Numbered from the stretch's first letter, positions 44,089 through 56,077 are shown. The stretch is DNA of 64,000 nucleotides from an uncultured bacterium (GCA_963780225.1 CAWAAX010000004.1:96001-160000), one strand, 5' to 3'. Notes: generated from the sequence alone by a model not told the origin. Made by a program: numbers and translations.

Positions 44089-45564
44089 ATGACTATATTA
44101 TCTCAAATTGACCAAATACGGATTGAAGCATCAAATGGACTTGATCATGCGACCAAAGTCCATTTGGGCCAATTCCTGACGCCCAGTACGATAGCCAATT
44201 ATATGGCCTCATTATTTCCTGTGGGTAACGAGGCTTCAACGCATCTGCTTGATGCCGGTGCGGGTGTTGGTTCGTTATCAACTGCTTTTTTACATCGATG
44301 GAAGGCTCAGGGATTTTCTTTCAAACATATTGAGGTTACTGCATATGAAATTGATAGCACCCTTCGGAAACATTTAGATAAATCACTGTCAATATTTGCA
44401 AACCCTCACTGTTGCAAAGTTAATATACTTGAACATGATTTTATTGAAGACGCTGCTCATATGCTGGCATTTGGCAATGGACCTCGTTATACTCATGCCA
44501 TACTCAATCCGCCATACAGGAAAATTAATAGCGATTCGCGTCACCGCCACTTACTTCGACAAGTTGGCATAGAAACCGTAAATTTGTATTCTGCGTTTGT
44601 TGCTCTGACAATAGGATTAATGAGGCCTGGTGGCCATATCGTTGCGATAATCCCACGTAGTTTTTGCAACGGTCCGTACTATCGGCCTTTTCGTGATTTA
44701 ATTTTCAAGAAGGCGGCATTAAAACATATTCATCTTTTCACTTCTAGGGATCAGGCGTTTAAAGATGACAAGGTTCTTCAAGAGAATGTTGTTATATTGC
44801 TTGAATGCTCTGCTCGCCAAGGGAATGTAGTTGTATCCACCTCTACAGATGATCAGTTTATTGACTATCACCTTGCTGACCACCAATTTTCAGACATAGT
44901 TAATCCGGGTGATCAAGAAGGATTCATACACATTCCAACCGTACATAACGGATTGAATACGTCATCATCGTTGCCGTTTGATAACACTCTTGCTGACCTT
45001 AATATAGAAGTATCCACTGGCCCGGTGGTGGATTTCCGTGTTGATCAATTTATCACCGATATGCCCTCGTCCCATTCGGTCCCCTTGTTGTATCCTTGTC
45101 ATTTCGGAGAGAAATCGATAGAATGGCCAAAGAATGCATGTAAGAAGCCTAATGCAATAAATTTAACCCCGGAAACAAAAAAGTGGCTATACCCCAATGG
45201 TTATTACACTATGACTCGTAGATTTTCGTCGAAAGAAGAAAAACGAAGGATAGTTGCAAACGTTGTTACCCCAAATATATCTAACTCAAAATACATTGGG
45301 TTTGAAAACCATTTAAATGTATTTCATCATGCCAAGCAAGGTCTTACGGAATTAATTGCTCGTGGATTGGCTGTTTATTTGAACTCGACGCTTATTGATG
45401 AGCATTTCCGTAAATTTAGCGGGCATACACAAGTCAATGCCACTGATCTTAAACAACTCAAATATCCCAGCAGGCTGCTTTTGGAAAAACTTGGCAGATG
45501 GGCAAAGAATCAGCCGCGATTTTCACAAGAATTAATCGATAACGAAATTAAGGACATACTATGA
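44089..45564 (+). CDS. Type II N6-adenine DNA methyltransferase (M.BsuBI/M.PstI-like)
   Basis: LGQFLTP, LLDAGAGVG SAM motif, ILNPPY catalytic motif, IPRSFCNGPY, FSGHTQVNATDL. AT-rich. Confidence 0.92.
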   Translation: MTILSQIDQIRIEASNGLDHATKVHLGQFLTPSTIANYMASLFPVGNEASTHLLDAGAGVGSLSTAFLHRWKAQGFSFKHIEVTAYEIDSTLRKHLDKSLSIFANPHCCKVNILEHDFIEDAAHMLAFGNGPRYTHAILNPPYRKINSDSRHRHLLRQVGIETVNLYSAFVALTIGLMRPGGHIVAIIPRSFCNGPYYRPFRDLIFKKAALKHIHLFTSRDQAFKDDKVLQENVVILLECSARQGNVVVSTSTDDQFIDYHLADHQFSDIVNPGDQEGFIHIPTVHNGLNTSSSLPFDNTLADLNIEVSTGPVVDFRVDQFITDMPSSHSVPLLYPCHFGEKSIEWPKNACKKPNAINLTPETKKWLYPNGYYTMTRRFSSKEEKRRIVANVVTPNISNSKYIGFENHLNVFHHAKQGLTELIARGLAVYLNSTLIDEHFRKFSGHTQVNATDLKQLKYPSRLLLEKLGRWAKNQPRFSQELIDNEIKDIL

Positions 45565-46502
45565 GACCAATAAGCAATATATCTGCCTCCCTTAAGATTC
45601 TGTCTTCTCTGGGATTGCCTCGTGCCCAACAGAATGAACGTTCCGCTCTTTGTTTGTTGGCCTTGTTGAATCTCTCTCCTGGTAAGAAATGGGCTGAGGC
45701 AGAAAACCCCTTGATTGGCATAACTCCAATAATGGATTGGGCTCGATCTCATTATGGGAAAAAATATAAACCCAATACGCGAGAAACATTTCGGAGACAA
45801 ACAATCCATCAGTTCGTTGCTGCTGGCATTGCTTTGTATAATCCAGATGACGCATCCCGATCCGTTAACAGTCCCAAAGCGGTATATCAAATAGCACCTA
45901 AAATGCTAGTGTTGCTGCGTACCTACGGAGCTTCGAGATGGCCGACTGCATTGGCTGGATATTTATCGCAAAGCAAATCCCTCGCCCAACGTTATGCTAG
46001 TGAACGAGCGTATCAACTTGTTCCCGTTCGGTTGGCGAAGGGCAAGAACATAAAATTAAGCCCTGGGAAGCATAACGAATTAATTAAGGCGATTATTGAG
46101 GAGTTTGCTTCTCGTTTTGTTCCTAGTGGTGTATTAATCTATGCTGGTGACACTGGCAATAAATGGGGCTATTTTGATGAGGAATTTTTGGCTAATTTAG
46201 GTGTTAAGATTGATTCACATGGCAAGATGCCAGATGTGGTATTCTACCATAAAGAAAAGAAGTGGTTGATTCTTGTTGAATCTGTCACCAGCCATGGTCC
46301 AGTGGACAGCAAAAGGCATGAAGAGTTAGCTGCTTTATTTTCAAAATCAAAAGCACCACTTGTATTTATTACATGCTTCCCTAATCGGTCTATAATGGCA
46401 AGGTATCTTGGAGATATAGCATGGGAAACAGAGGTGTGGGTTGCCGATAATCCTTCTCATTTAATACACTTTAATGGTGAGAGATTCCTTGGCCCTTATT
46501 AA
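45561..46502 (+). CDS. BsuBI/PstI-family type II restriction endonuclease
   Basis: QQNERSALCLL, PNTRETFRRQT, HGKMPDVV...ESVTSHGPV, AWETEVWVA, HLIHFNGERFLGPY. ATGA-coupled to the methyltransferase. Confidence 0.92.
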   Translation: MRPISNISASLKILSSLGLPRAQQNERSALCLLALLNLSPGKKWAEAENPLIGITPIMDWARSHYGKKYKPNTRETFRRQTIHQFVAAGIALYNPDDASRSVNSPKAVYQIAPKMLVLLRTYGASRWPTALAGYLSQSKSLAQRYASERAYQLVPVRLAKGKNIKLSPGKHNELIKAIIEEFASRFVPSGVLIYAGDTGNKWGYFDEEFLANLGVKIDSHGKMPDVVFYHKEKKWLILVESVTSHGPVDSKRHEELAALFSKSKAPLVFITCFPNRSIMARYLGDIAWETEVWVADNPSHLIHFNGERFLGPY

Positions 46503-46527
46503 GTTATTAGTTATAGTTTATTCCCTG

Positions 46528-46554
46528 GTACTACCGAGGATTCCTCGGTAGTAC
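46528..46554. repeat. Perfect 13-bp inverted repeat with a 1-nt spacer
   Basis: gtactaccgagga-t-tcctcggtagtac. Confidence 0.85.
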
Positions 46555-46774
46555 AAAATAGAACAATAAATACGTGTTAAAGAAAATATAGGGTTGAAAA
46601 ACAGGACAGTTTTTTTACAAAAAAATGCAACAACCCCAAAAGAGACTTAATAAACAAAGCTTCAACTGTCAAGGATTTCTTGTCGGTTCAAAAAATGGTG
46701 GTAGAATGGTTTCTCCCATATTGATGAATACGCGTAGTTCTATTTAGAGAATATTCTAACAGGAAGTTGGTGTA

Positions 46775-46811
46775 AAACGGGGCTTTGTTAACAAAGCCCC
46801 GTTTGTTTTTT
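46775..46811. terminator. 30-bp perfect palindrome followed by a T tract (terminator-like)
   Basis: aaacggggctttgtt|aacaaagccccgttt then gtttttt. Confidence 0.7.
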
Positions 46812-46990
46812 ACTCAATATCTGGTATCTCGATTACCCATGGACACTATATGTATGACGATTTTAATCGGTCTATTCGGCCATAAAAGTAAAATATTTAT
46901 TTAAGAAACAGTAAAAACGACCCTGTTTTGTACTTTGGGGGGAACTATTTTTTTAGCCCAAAGAATTATAAAAATAATTGTTAAAGCATC

Positions 46991-47020
46991 TTGACTTTTA
47001 TACTGTAAATATTATATAAT
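46991..47020 (+). promoter_or_regulatory. Putative sigma70 promoter of the str operon
   Basis: TTGACT-18 nt-TATAAT upstream of rpsL. Confidence 0.6.
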
Positions 47021-47138
47021 TGGGATTCCAATCGATTACAAAAATTTTTGACAAAACATTTCCGTTTTCGTCGCGGCGATGAAAACCGGATAAGGCTATT
47101 TTTGTCTTTAAAAATTATCTTTAGGGCAAGGAGAATTA

Positions 47139-47537
47139 ATGCCAACCATCAGCCAACTGATCCGCTCCGGAAGAAATTCCAAACGCAAGAAGACCAAGGC
47201 CCCGGCCCTCAACTCGTGCCCCCAGCGCAAGGGCGTGTGCCTCCGGGTCTACACCACCACCCCCAAGAAGCCCAACTCTGCTTTGCGCAAGGTGGCCAAG
47301 GTGCGTTTGACCAACGGATTTGAGATCCTTTCCTACATCCCGGGCGAGGGCCACAACCTGCAGGAGCACTCCATCGTCATGGTGCGGGGCGGCCGCGTCA
47401 AGGACCTGCCCGGCGTGCGCTATCACATCGTGCGCGGCACCCTGGACACTTCCGGGGTGGAGGGCCGCAAGAAGAGCCGCTCGCTGTACGGCACCAAGCG
47501 GATCAAGGCCGGAGCCAAGCCCGGCCTGAAAAAATAA
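47139..47537 (+). CDS. rpsL: 30S ribosomal protein S12
   Basis: [30 protein letters not shown]. Confidence 0.99.
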   Translation: MPTISQLIRSGRNSKRKKTKAPALNSCPQRKGVCLRVYTTTPKKPNSALRKVAKVRLTNGFEILSYIPGEGHNLQEHSIVMVRGGRVKDLPGVRYHIVRGTLDTSGVEGRKKSRSLYGTKRIKAGAKPGLKK

Positions 47538-47566
47538 CCGGGCCCAGCCGCTGAAACACGGAAAAG

Positions 47567-47617
47567 GTAAGGGCAATTCATGAATTGCCCCAACAAAGTA
47601 AGGGCAATTGTCCCAAC
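47567..47617. repeat. REP-like palindrome pair
   Basis: GTAAGGGCAATTCATGAATTGCCCCAAC plus truncated GTAAGGGCAATTGTCCCAAC; same outer frame as 20830-20858. Confidence 0.8.
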
Positions 47618-47655
47618 AAACATCCAACAATCTGAAAATCGGGAACTGATATAAA

Positions 47656-48126
47656 ATGCCAAGAAGAAAAAGAGTCATCAAACGCGAGGTCCTGCCGGAT
47701 CCCAAATACCACGATCCCATGGTCACCATCTTCATCAACAACATCATGAAGAGCGGAAAAAAGAGCGTGGCCGAGAAGATCTTCTACCAGGCCATCGACA
47801 TCGTGGAGCAGAAGCTGAAGCAGCCGGGGATCGACACCTTCAAGCAGGCCCTTAACAACATCAAGCCGGTGCTGGAGGTCAAGCCCCGCCGGGTGGGCGG
47901 CGCCACCTACCAGGTGCCCATTGAAGTCAAGCCCGAGCGGCGTACCGCCCTGGCCATCCGCTGGATGATCATCGCGGCCAAGGCCCGCTCCGAGAAGACC
48001 ATGCGCGACCGTCTGGCCGGAGAGATCATGTCCGCCAACAAGAACGAGGGCGGGGCCGTCAAAAAGAAGGAAGACACCCACAAGATGGCCGAGGCCAACA
48101 AGGCCTTCAGCCACTTCCGTTTCTAA
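47656..48126 (+). CDS. rpsG: 30S ribosomal protein S7
   Basis: [25 protein letters not shown]. Confidence 0.99.
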   Translation: MPRRKRVIKREVLPDPKYHDPMVTIFINNIMKSGKKSVAEKIFYQAIDIVEQKLKQPGIDTFKQALNNIKPVLEVKPRRVGGATYQVPIEVKPERRTALAIRWMIIAAKARSEKTMRDRLAGEIMSANKNEGGAVKKKEDTHKMAEANKAFSHFRF

Positions 48127-48337
48127 AAGCACTCCCTGGTTTTTCTTAAGTCCTTAAGCCCGGACTAACACAAAAAGATTTTTGACTTTTTAAAAGTTAA
48201 GATTTGTAAAATGAGAAACCTGACGCCATTTGCAGTTCCCGACGAAAGAAAATGACTTTCAGCCAGCCGCCTTCCTTTGGGCGTTGGCCGAAGGGATGGC
48301 GGACGGTTAAAATGCAGAAAGTAAAGTTGGAATTCAA

Positions 48338-50416
48338 ATGACCCAGGCTTCTTCGTTAAATAAGACCAGAAACATCGGCATCATGGCCCATATCGATGCC
48401 GGCAAGACCACCACCACCGAGAGGATACTGTTCTTCACCGGCAAGGTTCACCGGATCGGCGAGGTTCACGACGGCGCCGCCACCATGGACTGGATGGAAC
48501 AGGAAAAGGAACGCGGCATCACCATCACCTCGGCCGCCACCACCTGCTCCTGGAACGGGCACCGGATCAACATCATAGACACTCCGGGCCACGTGGACTT
48601 CACGGTGGAAGTGGAACGCTCCTTAAGGATCCTGGACGGGGCCGTGGCCCTGTTCTGCGCGGTAGGCGGCGTGGAGCCGCAATCGGAAACGGTCTGGCGC
48701 CAGGCCGACCGCTATCACATTCCCCGGATCGCCTTCATCAACAAAATGGACCGGGTGGGATCGGATTTCGACGATGCGGTGGAGATGATGAGGGAACGGC
48801 TGGCCGCCAAGGCGGTGCCCATCCAGATGCCCATCGGCAGCGGGGAGACCTTCACCGGAGCGGTGGATCTGGTCAAGATGCAGGCGATCATCTACGATGC
48901 GGGCGAGAACGAGGACCCCAAACTGAGCCCCATCCCCGAAGAATATCTGGCCCAGGCCCAGGCCGCCCACAACTTCCTGGTGGAACAGGTGGCCGAGTAC
49001 GACGAAGAGGCCCTCAATTTATACGTGGAAGGCCAGCCCATTCCGGAGCAGCTCCTGATGAAGGCCATCCGCCGGGGAACCCTGGACATCAAGATCTTTC
49101 CGGTGCTGTGCGGATCATCCTTCAAGAACAAGGGAGTGCAGCCGCTGCTGGACGCGGTGGTGGATTACCTGCCGGCCCCCCCCGACCTGCCCCCGATCTC
49201 CGGCTTGAATCCCGACACCGGCCAGCACGAAGACCGCCACGACGACCCGGACGAGCCTTTGGCGGCGCTGGTGTTCAAGATCGCCACCGATCCCTACGTG
49301 GGAAAGATATCGTATGTCCGCATCTACTCCGGCACCATCGAAGCCGGACAGGCAGTATACAACAGCAACATCAGCAAACACGAACGGGTCAGCCGGCTGC
49401 TTTTGATGCACGCCAACAAGCGGGAGGACGTGGAAAAGCTTTCGGCCGGGGACATCGCGGCCGTGGTGGGCTTAAAGGACAGCAAGACCGGCCACACCCT
49501 GTGCGAGAAGAAAAATCCCATAATCCTGGAATCCATGAACTTCCCCGATCCGGTGATCTCGGTGGCCCTGGAACCCAAGTCCAAGGCCGATGAGGATAAA
49601 TTAGGCAACGCTCTTTCGAAATTATCCGAAGAAGATCCCACCTTCAAGGTCAAGACCGACGAGGAAACAGGACAGACCATCATCTCCGGCATGGGCGAGC
49701 TTCACCTGGAGATCATCGTGGACCGGATGATGAGGGAATTCGGAGTGCAGGCCAACGTAGGCAAGCCCCAGGTCAGCTACCGGGAGACGGTCCGCAAGGC
49801 GGCCAAGGCCGAGGGCAAGTTCATCCGCCAGAGCGGCGGCCGGGGACAGTACGGACACGTGGAGATCATACTGGAGCCGCAGCAGCCGGGCCTGGGTTTT
49901 GAATTCACCAATGACACCGTCGGAGGCTCCATCCCCAAGGAATACATCAACTCGGTGGAGAAAGGGGTCAAAGAGGCGCTGGCGGCAGGGATTTTGGCCG
50001 GGTATCCGGTGGTGGACGTCAAAGTCAGCCTGGTCGACGGCTCTTATCACGAAGTGGACTCCTCGGACATAGCCTTCAAGGCCGCCGGTTCGATAGCCGT
50101 CAACGAGGCCCTGCGCAAGGCCGGCTCGGTGATCATGGAGCCGGTGATGAGCGTGGAGGTGGTGGTTCCGGAACTTTACATGGGAGAAGTGATCGGAGAC
50201 ATCAACTCCCGCCGGGGCAAGATACTGGGATTGGTAAAACGCAAGGACGCCCAGGTGATAGCCTCAATGGTTCCCCTGTCCGAGATGTTCGGATACGCCA
50301 CCAGATTAAGGTCTTTAACCCAGGGCCGGGCCATCTACACCATGCAGTTCCACCATTACGAAGAAGTGCCCCGTTCGATATCCGAAGAGATCATGGCTAA
50401 AAGCGGAACTAAATAA
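48338..50416 (+). CDS. fusA: Elongation factor G
   Basis: [39 protein letters not shown]. Confidence 0.99.
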   Translation: MTQASSLNKTRNIGIMAHIDAGKTTTTERILFFTGKVHRIGEVHDGAATMDWMEQEKERGITITSAATTCSWNGHRINIIDTPGHVDFTVEVERSLRILDGAVALFCAVGGVEPQSETVWRQADRYHIPRIAFINKMDRVGSDFDDAVEMMRERLAAKAVPIQMPIGSGETFTGAVDLVKMQAIIYDAGENEDPKLSPIPEEYLAQAQAAHNFLVEQVAEYDEEALNLYVEGQPIPEQLLMKAIRRGTLDIKIFPVLCGSSFKNKGVQPLLDAVVDYLPAPPDLPPISGLNPDTGQHEDRHDDPDEPLAALVFKIATDPYVGKISYVRIYSGTIEAGQAVYNSNISKHERVSRLLLMHANKREDVEKLSAGDIAAVVGLKDSKTGHTLCEKKNPIILESMNFPDPVISVALEPKSKADEDKLGNALSKLSEEDPTFKVKTDEETGQTIISGMGELHLEIIVDRMMREFGVQANVGKPQVSYRETVRKAAKAEGKFIRQSGGRGQYGHVEIILEPQQPGLGFEFTNDTVGGSIPKEYINSVEKGVKEALAAGILAGYPVVDVKVSLVDGSYHEVDSSDIAFKAAGSIAVNEALRKAGSVIMEPVMSVEVVVPELYMGEVIGDINSRRGKILGLVKRKDAQVIASMVPLSEMFGYATRLRSLTQGRAIYTMQFHHYEEVPRSISEEIMAKSGTK

Positions 50417-50541
50417 ATCTAACCAATAGTACCTTCCCGCTAAAGACACTAAAACATTCAAAAAGAGTTTTGCTCAATTTGTGGGTTTAGCGGGGAATGA
50501 TAAAAGAAATATTTCTTAATCGTTAGTTGGGAGAAACCATC

Positions 50542-51735
50542 ATGGCCAAGCAGAAATTTGAGCGTAATAAGCCTCACGTGAACATCGGGACGATCGGTCA
50601 CGTGGACCACGGCAAAACGACCCTGACCAGCGCCATCACCAAGCATCAGTCGGAACTGGGCCTGGCCCTAGCCAAGAGCTACGAGGAGATCGACAACGCT
50701 CCGGAGGAAAAGGCCCGCGGAGTAACCATCAACGTGCACCATGCGGAGTACGAGACGGTGAAGCGGCACTATGCGCACATGGACTGCCCCGGCCACGCGG
50801 ACTATATAAAGAACATGATTACCGGAGCGGCCCAGATGGACGGAGCCATCTTAGTGGTGGCTGCCTCGGAAGGCGCGATGCCCCAGACGCGGGAGCACAT
50901 CTTGCTGGCCCGTCAGGTGGGGGTTCCGGCGCTGGTGGTGTACCTGAACAAGGTGGACCAGGTGGACGACCCGGAACTGATCGAGATCGTGGAGATGGAG
51001 ATCCGGGACCTGCTGACCCAGTACGGGTTCGCCGGGGACAAGACCCCGATCATCAAGGGCTCGGCCTTGAAGGCCATGGAGGGAGACAAATCGGAGATCG
51101 GAGTGCAGTCGATCCAGCGTCTGATGGACGCGGTTGACAGCTACATACCCGATCCGGTGAGAGACATAGACAAGCCGTTCCTGCTGGCCATCGAGGACGT
51201 GTTCTCGATCACGGGCCGGGGCACGGTGGGGACCGGGCGTATCGAGCGGGGCAAGGTGAAGGTGGGCGACAAGGTGGAGCGGGTGGGCATCCGCGAGACG
51301 CGGGATACGGTGGTGACCGGGGTGGAGATGTTCCGGAAACTGCTGGACGACGCCCAGGCCGGGGACAACGTGGGGGTGCTGCTGCGGGGGATCGAGAAGG
51401 CGGACCTGGAGCGGGGCATGGTGCTGGCGGCCCCCAAGACCATCACCCCCCATCAGAAGTTCAAGGGCGAGGTCTACGTGCTGACCAAGGAAGAGGGCGG
51501 GCGGCATACCCCGTTCTTTACCGGATACCGTCCCCAGTTCTTCTTTAGGACCACCGACGTCACCGGGAACCTGTCCCTGCCCAAGGGGGTGGAGATGATC
51601 ATGCCCGGCGACAACGTGACCATCGAGGGCGAGCTGCTGACCCCGATCGCCATGGAGAAGGGCCTGAAGTTCGCCATCCGCGAGGGCGGACGGACCGTGG
51701 GCTCCGGAACAGTCACCGAGATCCTGCCGGACTAA
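50542..51735 (+). CDS. tuf: Elongation factor Tu (copy 2)
   Basis: Translation appears identical to the 29651-30844 copy. Confidence 0.98.
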   Translation: MAKQKFERNKPHVNIGTIGHVDHGKTTLTSAITKHQSELGLALAKSYEEIDNAPEEKARGVTINVHHAEYETVKRHYAHMDCPGHADYIKNMITGAAQMDGAILVVAASEGAMPQTREHILLARQVGVPALVVYLNKVDQVDDPELIEIVEMEIRDLLTQYGFAGDKTPIIKGSALKAMEGDKSEIGVQSIQRLMDAVDSYIPDPVRDIDKPFLLAIEDVFSITGRGTVGTGRIERGKVKVGDKVERVGIRETRDTVVTGVEMFRKLLDDAQAGDNVGVLLRGIEKADLERGMVLAAPKTITPHQKFKGEVYVLTKEEGGRHTPFFTGYRPQFFFRTTDVTGNLSLPKGVEMIMPGDNVTIEGELLTPIAMEKGLKFAIREGGRTVGSGTVTEILPD

Positions 51736-51834
51736 AAGACCCCTCCCAGGTAAATGGGAAATGGATAAATGGGAAATTAGGAAATTTAAAACAGTCAAAT
51801 CGGTTAATAAAAAACTCTCGAGGAGATATAAAAA

Positions 51835-52149
51835 GTGGCGGCTCAGAACATCAGGATAAAACTAAAGGCATACGACCATGCGGTGCTGGACAAATCGGTG
51901 GCCGAGATAGTCAACACGGCCAAACAGACCGGGGCCAGGATCTCGGGGCCCATCCCGCTGCCCACCAACCGCACCGTCTATACCGTCAACCGCTCCACCC
52001 ACGTGGACAAGAAGTCGCGGGAGCAGTTCGAGCGGCGGATCCACAAGCGCTTGATAGACATCTGGCACTCCTCTCCTCAGACCATCGACGCCCTGACCAA
52101 GCTGGACCTTCCGGCCGGGGTGGACATCGAGATCAAGACCGGATTATAA
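51835..52149 (+). CDS. rpsJ: 30S ribosomal protein S10
   Basis: [27 protein letters not shown]. Confidence 0.98.
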   Translation: MAAQNIRIKLKAYDHAVLDKSVAEIVNTAKQTGARISGPIPLPTNRTVYTVNRSTHVDKKSREQFERRIHKRLIDIWHSSPQTIDALTKLDLPAGVDIEIKTGL

Positions 52150-52211
52150 CAGCTGTAAGCAGATGGCTTAAAGCTCTCAAAGAGTAAACAAGTAGCAGAG
52201 TAAAAGACACA

Positions 52212-52850
52212 ATGAACGGAATATTAGGCAGAAAAATAGGGATGACCCAGATCTTCGGGCCGGGCAACGCGGTGATCCCGGTGACGGTGATCGAAGCCGG
52301 ACCCTGCGTAGTGACCCAGGTCAAGGACGGCAAGCTTGATGGCTACTCTGCCGTCCAGCTGGGCTTTGTGGAGAAGAAAAAACAGAAGACCACCAAGGCC
52401 ATGCAGGGGCATTTCACCAAGGCCGGAGCCCCGGCTCCCCTGCGCTTCATCAAGGAGATCAGAACGGCCCAGGCCAAGGATTTCAAACCCGGCCAGGTGA
52501 TCAAGGCCGACCTGTTCGCCGAGGGCGACATGGTCAAGGTCACCGGGATCATGAAAGGCCGGGGCACCCAGGGCGTGGTCAAGCGCCACGGGTTCAAGGG
52601 CGGCCCCAAGACCCACGGTCAGACCGACCGCCTGCGCCGTCCCGGATCGGCCGGAGCCGGATCCACCCCGGGCCGGGTCTATCCCGGCCGGCGTTATCCC
52701 GGACAGATGGGCAATGTCCAGATCACAGTCCGCAACCTAAAGATCGTCAAAGTGGACGCCGAAAAGAACCTGCTCCTGGTCAAGGGCCCGGTGCCCGGCG
52801 CCCCCGACGGGATATTGGTCGTTCAAAAGATCATAAAAAAGAAGGCATAA
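52212..52850 (+). CDS. rplC: 50S ribosomal protein L3
   Basis: GRKIGMTQIF, GYSAVQLG, LLLVKGPVPG. Confidence 0.98.
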   Translation: MNGILGRKIGMTQIFGPGNAVIPVTVIEAGPCVVTQVKDGKLDGYSAVQLGFVEKKKQKTTKAMQGHFTKAGAPAPLRFIKEIRTAQAKDFKPGQVIKADLFAEGDMVKVTGIMKGRGTQGVVKRHGFKGGPKTHGQTDRLRRPGSAGAGSTPGRVYPGRRYPGQMGNVQITVRNLKIVKVDAEKNLLLVKGPVPGAPDGILVVQKIIKKKA

Positions 52851-52853
52851 AAC

Positions 52854-53480
52854 ATGTTGTCCGCAAATCTATATGATGCCCAGGGAAAAATGACAGGGAA
52901 TATAGACCTGCCCGAGAACATCTTCGGGGTCAGGGTGAATCAGCACCTGCTTTACCTGGCAGTAAAAAATTACCTGGATAACCGGCGGCAGGGAACCGCC
53001 AACACCCAGAATGCCGAGGACGTGCGGGGCGGCGGCAAAAAGCCGTTCAAGCAGAAAGGCACCGGCCGGGCCCGCCAGGGGAGCAACCGCTCCTCGCTGA
53101 TGGTGGGAGGCTACGTGGCCCACGGCCCCCATCCCCGGGATTATTCCTGGGAGATGCCCAAGACCAGCCGTCGCCAGGCCCTGAAGTCGGCCCTGACCGA
53201 TTCGTTCAAGACCGGCCGTCTGGCGGTGATCGACGCCGTGACCTCCGGCGGCAAGACCAAGGACGTCTACGGGGTGCTGAAGACCATGGAGCTGTCCGAC
53301 AAGAAAGTACTGCTGCTGGACGTGGCCCCTACCTCGGAACTGCTGCTCTCCGGCCGCAACATCAAAGGGCTGGCCATCCGGCCGGTGCGGGAACTGAACA
53401 CCTACGAGATCATGCGGGCCGACAGAGTGCTGTTCACCAAGGCCGGCGTGGAGGCCTTAAAGGAGGTCTTTAACAAATGA
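52854..53480 (+). CDS. rplD: 50S ribosomal protein L4
   Basis: GGGKKPFKQKGTGRARQGS. Confidence 0.97.
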   Translation: MLSANLYDAQGKMTGNIDLPENIFGVRVNQHLLYLAVKNYLDNRRQGTANTQNAEDVRGGGKKPFKQKGTGRARQGSNRSSLMVGGYVAHGPHPRDYSWEMPKTSRRQALKSALTDSFKTGRLAVIDAVTSGGKTKDVYGVLKTMELSDKKVLLLDVAPTSELLLSGRNIKGLAIRPVRELNTYEIMRADRVLFTKAGVEALKEVFNK

Positions 53481-53767
53481 AAGATTTGAACAAGGTCATT
53501 AAAAAACCCCTGATCACCGAGAAATTCACCGCCCTGAAAGAGGCCTATAACCGTTACGCTTTTGAGGTCGACAAGAACGCCAACAAGCATGACGTCAAAA
53601 GGGCCATCGAGTCGGTCTTCAAGGTCAAGGTCACCGATGTGGCCACCATGAACGTCCGGGGCAAGATCAAGCGGCAGGGCCGCAACGAGGGCAAGCGCCC
53701 CGACTGGAAGAAGGCCGTGGTGACCCTGGCCAAGGACCAGAAGCTGGATATCGGCGACGGGGTTTAG
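53477..53767 (+). CDS. rplW: 50S ribosomal protein L23
   Basis: PLITEK, WKKAVVTL. Confidence 0.97.
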   Translation: MKDLNKVIKKPLITEKFTALKEAYNRYAFEVDKNANKHDVKRAIESVFKVKVTDVATMNVRGKIKRQGRNEGKRPDWKKAVVTLAKDQKLDIGDGV

Positions 53768-53831
53768 TTTTTCCGGGTCTTGGTTAAAAATGATTTTTCA
53801 AGCACCAGCAATACTAGGAGACGATACATAA

Positions 53832-54656
53832 ATGGGGATCAAGTCTTATAAACCGGTAACTCCCGGATTAAGGCACCGCACCGGCTACACCTTTGAAGAG
53901 CTGACCAAGCCTCTGGCTCCCAAACGCCTGAGGAAGGCCATGCGCAAAAGCGGGGGACGCAACAATCACGGACGGGTGACCGCCGACCACCGCGGGGGAG
54001 GGCATAAACGGGCCTACCGGATGATAGATTTCCGGCGCGATAAATTCGGGATCGCCGCCACGGTGGCCGCCATCGAGTACGATCCCAACCGCTCGGCCCG
54101 GCTGGCCCTGCTGAAGTACGCCGACGGAGAATGGCGCTACATCATGGCCCCGCTGGGACTGAAGCTGGGCGACAAGGTGATGTCCGGCCCCGGCTCCGAG
54201 ATCAAGAACGGCAACGCCCTGCCCCTGTCCGAGATCCCCATGGGCACCTCGGTCCACAACATCGAGGTCACCAAGGGCCGGGGCGGCCAGATGGTGCGCA
54301 CCGCCGGAGGATCGGCCCAGTTGCTGGCCAAGGAAGCCGGCTACGCCCAGCTGCGGATGCCCTCGGGCGAAGTGCGGATGATCAGCCTGGAATGCCTGGC
54401 CACCGTAGGACAGGTGGGCAACCTGGAACACGAGAACATCTCCATCGGCAAGGCCGGCCGCAACCGCTGGCTGGGGGTCAAGCCCCACAGCCGGGGCGTG
54501 GTCAAGAACCCCCACGACCACCCGATGGGCGGCGGCGAAGGCAAGTCCTCGGGCGGACGCCACCCCTGCGGCCCCACCGGACTCCTATCCAAAGGCAAGA
54601 AGACCCGCAACCGTAAAAAACTTTCCAGCAAGTTTATAGTCAAGAGGAGAAAGTAA
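53832..54656 (+). CDS. rplB: 50S ribosomal protein L2
   Basis: [25 protein letters not shown]. Confidence 0.98.
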   Translation: MGIKSYKPVTPGLRHRTGYTFEELTKPLAPKRLRKAMRKSGGRNNHGRVTADHRGGGHKRAYRMIDFRRDKFGIAATVAAIEYDPNRSARLALLKYADGEWRYIMAPLGLKLGDKVMSGPGSEIKNGNALPLSEIPMGTSVHNIEVTKGRGGQMVRTAGGSAQLLAKEAGYAQLRMPSGEVRMISLECLATVGQVGNLEHENISIGKAGRNRWLGVKPHSRGVVKNPHDHPMGGGEGKSSGGRHPCGPTGLLSKGKKTRNRKKLSSKFIVKRRK

Positions 54657-55024
54657 TGTCCCGCTCCCTAAAAAAAGGACCCTTCATCGATGCCAAGCTG
54701 TTTGCCAAGATCGAAGCCATGCACGCCGCCCGCGACAAGAAGGTGATCAAGACCTGGGCCCGGCGTTCCATGATCCCCCCGGAATTCGTGGGGTTCACCA
54801 TTTCGGTCCACAACGGCAACAAGTTCATACCGGTCTATGTCAGCGAGAACATGGTCGGCCATAAGCTGGGAGAGTTCTCCCCCACCCGCACCTTCCGCAA
54901 GCACGGCGCGGCCGGCAAGGAAGTAGACAAAAAGGGCGGAAAGAAGACCGAAACCACCACCGCTCCCGGTGCCCCCGGAGCAGCTCCGGCATCAGCTCCA
55001 GCGGCAGCCCCGGCCAAAAAATAA
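54656..55024 (+). CDS. rpsS: 30S ribosomal protein S19 with C-terminal low-complexity extension
   Basis: [23 protein letters not shown]. Confidence 0.97.
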   Translation: MSRSLKKGPFIDAKLFAKIEAMHAARDKKVIKTWARRSMIPPEFVGFTISVHNGNKFIPVYVSENMVGHKLGEFSPTRTFRKHGAAGKEVDKKGGKKTETTTAPGAPGAAPASAPAAAPAKK

Positions 55025-55043
55025 ATAAACACTATTGAGTATT

Positions 55044-55409
55044 ATGGAAGCTTTAGCCAGACAAAAATTCGTCAGGGTCACCCCGCGCAAGATGCGGATA
55101 GTGGCCGACCTGGTGCGGGGAAAGAACTGCAACCAGGCCCTGTCCATCCTGCGCTTCGTGCCCCGGGCCGCCAGCCCCCTTATCCTGAAGGCCATCCAGT
55201 CGGCGGTAGCTTCGGCGGTGGAGCAGGCCGGCAAGGCCAAGTTCGATCCCGACACCCTCAAGGTCTCCGAGATCAGGGTGGATGAAGGCGCTACCTGGAA
55301 AAGAATGAGACCCCGGGCCCGGGGCCGGGCTGACCGCCGTTTGAAGCGGACCAGCCATCTGACGGTGCGGGTTTCCGACGGTCAACCAAAACAAGATACG
55401 GAGGAATAA
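55044..55409 (+). CDS. rplV: 50S ribosomal protein L22
   Basis: PRKMRIVADLVRG, RPRARGRA, KRTSHLTV. Confidence 0.97.
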   Translation: MEALARQKFVRVTPRKMRIVADLVRGKNCNQALSILRFVPRAASPLILKAIQSAVASAVEQAGKAKFDPDTLKVSEIRVDEGATWKRMRPRARGRADRRLKRTSHLTVRVSDGQPKQDTEE

Positions 55410-55412
55410 GCC

Positions 55413-56063
55413 TTGGGTCAAAAGACAAATCCGATCGGGTTAAGGCTGGGGATCATCAAGACCTGGGATTCCCGCTGGTTCGCCAAAAAAGACTTTCCCG
55501 ATCTTTTGGAAGAAGATCAGAAGATCCGCCAGTACATCCGGCAGAAGCTGGCCAATGCCGGCCTGGCCAAGATCGAGATAGAACGCACCCCCAAAAGGGC
55601 CACCATCACCGTCCACACTTCGCGTCCCGGGATCGTGATCGGCCGCAAGGGAGCCGACATCGAAAAGCTCAAGGCCGAGGTCCAGCTGCTGACCGGACAG
55701 AAGGAAGTGCACCTGAACATCGCCGAGGTCAAGGTACCCGAGATCAATTCGATGCTGGTGGCCGATTCCATCGCCCGCCAGCTGGAACAGCGGATCTCCT
55801 TCCGCCGGGCCATGAAGAAGGCGGTCCAGGGATCATTAAGGATGGGAGCCCAGGGGATCAAGATCTCCTGCGGCGGCCGTCTGGGCGGGGCCGAGATCGC
55901 CCGGACCGAGACCTACCGCGAAGGCCGGGTCCCCCTGCACACTTTAAGGGCAGACATCGACTACGGCACCGCCACCTCGCACACCACTTTCGGCTGCATC
56001 GGGATCAAGGTCTGGATCTTCAAGGGCGAGCAGCTTCCGCCCCGCCAGGCCGTCAGGCAGTAA
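55413..56063 (+). CDS. rpsC: 30S ribosomal protein S3 (TTG start)
   Basis: [33 protein letters not shown]. Confidence 0.98.
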   Translation: MGQKTNPIGLRLGIIKTWDSRWFAKKDFPDLLEEDQKIRQYIRQKLANAGLAKIEIERTPKRATITVHTSRPGIVIGRKGADIEKLKAEVQLLTGQKEVHLNIAEVKVPEINSMLVADSIARQLEQRISFRRAMKKAVQGSLRMGAQGIKISCGGRLGGAEIARTETYREGRVPLHTLRADIDYGTATSHTTFGCIGIKVWIFKGEQLPPRQAVRQ

Positions 56064-56077
56064 CACCAAGAACGGAA

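Noticed and set aside
47048..47323. 91-aa ORF overlapping the rpsL start, and 34721-35113 overlapping the rpoB start
   Set aside because: Off-frame overlaps of conserved genes with no motifs or convincing RBS.
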